Assembly (NCBI GenBank): GCA_052327205.1
Contig: CM126222.1
Location: 57,164,001-57,228,000 of the forward strand
Reading direction: 5' to 3'
Length of the DNA: 64,000 nt
Source of the DNA: Somniosus microcephalus
Taxonomy: Eukaryota
The notes below the pieces were generated by a model, which ran no database searches, was not told where the DNA came from, and saw only the letters and a list, made by a program, of their open reading frames with translations. Below are positions 61,658 to 64,000 of the stretch, piece after piece (within the stretch, counting starts at the first letter, position 1; every line of letters begins with the position of its first letter). The translations under genes and the position numbers were made by a program.

Positions 61658-61925
61658 TGGTGATAGTCTGTGATAGGGTGGAGAGCAGGAGTGGTTGAAT
61701 GACCAAAGGGATGATGGTGCAAGGCAAAAGTGGATGGTAATAGGACAATAAAGAAGCAAAAGATGGGTCCAGAGGAGTTGTAAATAGTTACAGCAGAACC
61801 ATTACCAGCATCTACTGCCCGAGTAAATGGGAGCGATGGTTATGATCGGAAGTTGTTGAACTCAATGTTAAGGCTGGAAGGCTATAAAGTGCCTAATTGA
61901 AAGATGAGGTGCTGCTCCTTGAGAG
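61658..61925 (-). mobile_element. Penelope-like element fragment: end of the GIY-YIG endonuclease ORF plus 3' region; + strand pLTR piece at 62248-62310
   Basis: Minus strand reads LKEQHLIFQLGTL*PSSLNIEFNNFRS*, matching the E(Q)xxIxxLxTxxPxGLN C-terminal motif of PLE GIY-YIG domains. Confidence 0.7.
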
Positions 61926-62980
61926 AGTGGCAGGGAGCCAGAGCAACCACCTACAACTTGGACCTGTGAATTGCCACCTTGGCCAGGCCCAGGAACAGAC
62001 CAACAAGACGATCCTCCGAATTGCCTGCCACTTTAGATGGCCAAATATCCCGAGCGTGGGACTGAAGTGGAGCCAGAAGTTGAGAAGAAGCCACTTCGTC
62101 ACTTCAAGAAGAGGCGCTGCAACCTCAAACACTTAACAAAAATGTGGAAGACGGACTCATTCAGGCCGCAAAAGTTGCAGGTGGCTTGGGAGTCCATGAG
62201 GTGTACGGTACTGCTCCATCCAACACTCTCCACCCCAGATCCTCAATGGTCTCCACAGAGGCTGCCTGGCCTGCTGAGTATTTCCAGCATTTTCAGTTTT
62301 TATTTGCACTTGAGTGTAGATTAACATGCCCAGGTTAGCCATCTAGCTGTAATTGCAGTATCTAGTGCACTGGAGAATTCACGGGATGCCCACCATATCG
62401 TTCCGAAGGTGGAAAATTGCCTGACCAATGCGTACAAGACTGAGGCTGCATAGTCAAATTTAATTAAAAGTGAAATAATATTAAAAGTGAGAATATGCAT
62501 CAAAATACTAAAAGTACAATAGCCAAACTTGAGTAATTTATTACAAAAACAGGTCACTCGGGTTAATGTTTTGGATATAACCCTTCTGTAGAATATTATT
62601 GTGGCCATCTATTTGTCCAGGATTTCCAGAATTTGCAGTTTTTTTCCCATATAATTTATAAACCGTTTCAAAATAAGTAAAAAGAAACCCTGAAATACTT
62701 GTAGCTCTTTTCAGGAGCTTCTGAGTAACAATTTCAGATAGTAGGTTATGTAGGATATGATTATTCAAGAAGCCTTTAATACTCCCTTCACAGGTAGAGG
62801 CGTAAAGAATGTGAGAAAATCTGTAGGCTCTAAAATATTTTCCCCTTCGATTAAAAAGCAGATCGCTTTGAAGATTGTCCTTAGAAAACACACATCATTG
62901 CAAGCCATGTGTTAATGGTCTAAGGAAGAAGTATCAATTCAGAGCTGTTCACATACTTTCCCAGTATAATGGTCAAAATA

Positions 62981-63322
62981 CAGGAAACTTTGTGTTATCC
63001 GGAGGCTAAATGTCCGGCAAGCTCGAGCCACCGGCAAAAATCAGGAGCCGTTTTGTTAGGTTTTTTTTCTTCTCGTGGCTTTTTTTTCTTCTCGTGGCTT
63101 TTTTTTCAACAGTCAGGCTCTGCAAAGTCTCTCTGAAGCTGTTGCTAAGCGGCAGAGACACTTCCAAGGTACAGCCGACTGTTTAGAAGCTGTTGCTAAG
63201 CAACAGTGTTTGTTACCAGATACGGAGCCGTATGCTTCAACATTAACGCTGGTTTGTCCGGCAGTTTTGAGGGAACGGCAACAGCTCGGTCCCGTCGGTG
63301 CCGGATAGCACAAAGTTTCCTG
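62981..63322. mobile_element. Tc1/mariner-type MITE, CAGGAAACT family, copy 3 (opposite orientation to copy 1)
   Basis: TA|CAGGAAACTTTGTG...CACAAAGTTTCCTG|TA. The body is the reverse complement of 34146-34457. Confidence 0.88.
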
Positions 63323-64000
63323 TAATGAATATCGCCTCTTGTTCATATCCTGCCAGTATAATGGTTCAGTATTCAGGAGAGGTTTTTCTGTGCTGGATAG
63401 AGTCACCTGCGTCACTGTGTGTTAATCCACATATATAAACATTTCAAATAAGCTGGTCTGAACACAGGCATTTGCTGCTTTTTTATAGACACACATCTGT
63501 GATCCTCCATTTTGAATCTTGATGAGGAAGGCTAGCTTTCATGTTAACTCTAGCTATTTGCAAAACCGTATGAAATAAAGATGCAACTCTCCCTATTTGC
63601 CACACGAACTCCAAAGGCCTTAAGTTAAATGAACCAACATTTCTGCTTGTAATTGCTATCCAGTGGCTATTGCTGGATGGGATTGGGCTTAGACCTCATG
63701 CCCCACCCACATGGGAAGAATGGCTATTTGGGTTAGGTACCAAAGGGCCTTTGATGCCCATGGAAACATAACTCAGCCCAAGTCAGTGCCTTCAGAAAGG
63801 GGGAAAAAGTTTCAGTGGATGTGAAGGAGAGGTGCCCATTTTGCTGTTGAAGAGCCTTTTCTCTGCTGAACTGAGTCTATGGATCTGATGAAATTGAAGT
63901 TTTGTATAGGAAAAGTGATTGCATTGATACTTCTCAAGATGTACTTTCTGAAACCTATCAAAGTGTGCAATGCTGGTATTTTTAACCACTGAATTTAGTT

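Noticed and set aside
62321-63989. Minus-strand ORFs 62321-62608, 62541-62891 and 63792-63989 as exons of a neighbouring gene
   Set aside because: No recognisable protein similarity and AT-rich, non-coding-like composition. Not excluded without a database search.

Overview
AT-rich vertebrate genomic DNA whose repeats (DeuSINE/SacSINE1-like SINEs, HER1-like CR1, L2, RTE, Penelope pLTRs, Harbinger and Tigger-like MITEs) point to a cartilaginous fish, probably a shark. Two intron-containing genes can be rebuilt by hand on the + strand. MAFG has coding exons at 12056-12091 and 23448-23900 (162 aa) and an apparent ~6.3 kb 3'UTR. A four-exon, 127-aa FABP1-like gene (40395-51976) has the FABP1 exon sizes 67/173/93/51 but altered ligand-binding residues (S39V, R122K) and an unexpected position next to MAFG. 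Almost all other ORF-track entries are transposon fragments or noise. The most notable non-genic items are a TSD-flanked inverted Penelope pLTR carrying minimal hammerhead ribozyme cores on both strands (6167-6407), a perfect NF-E2/ARE site near the first MAFG coding exon, two solo LTRs of one family, a four-class nested TE cluster, a CpG-rich 28-bp minisatellite, and an orphan CpG-rich first-exon-like element on the minus strand. Comparisons with human proteins and TE families are from recall, not database searches. I found no evidence of a wholly new multi-gene system.
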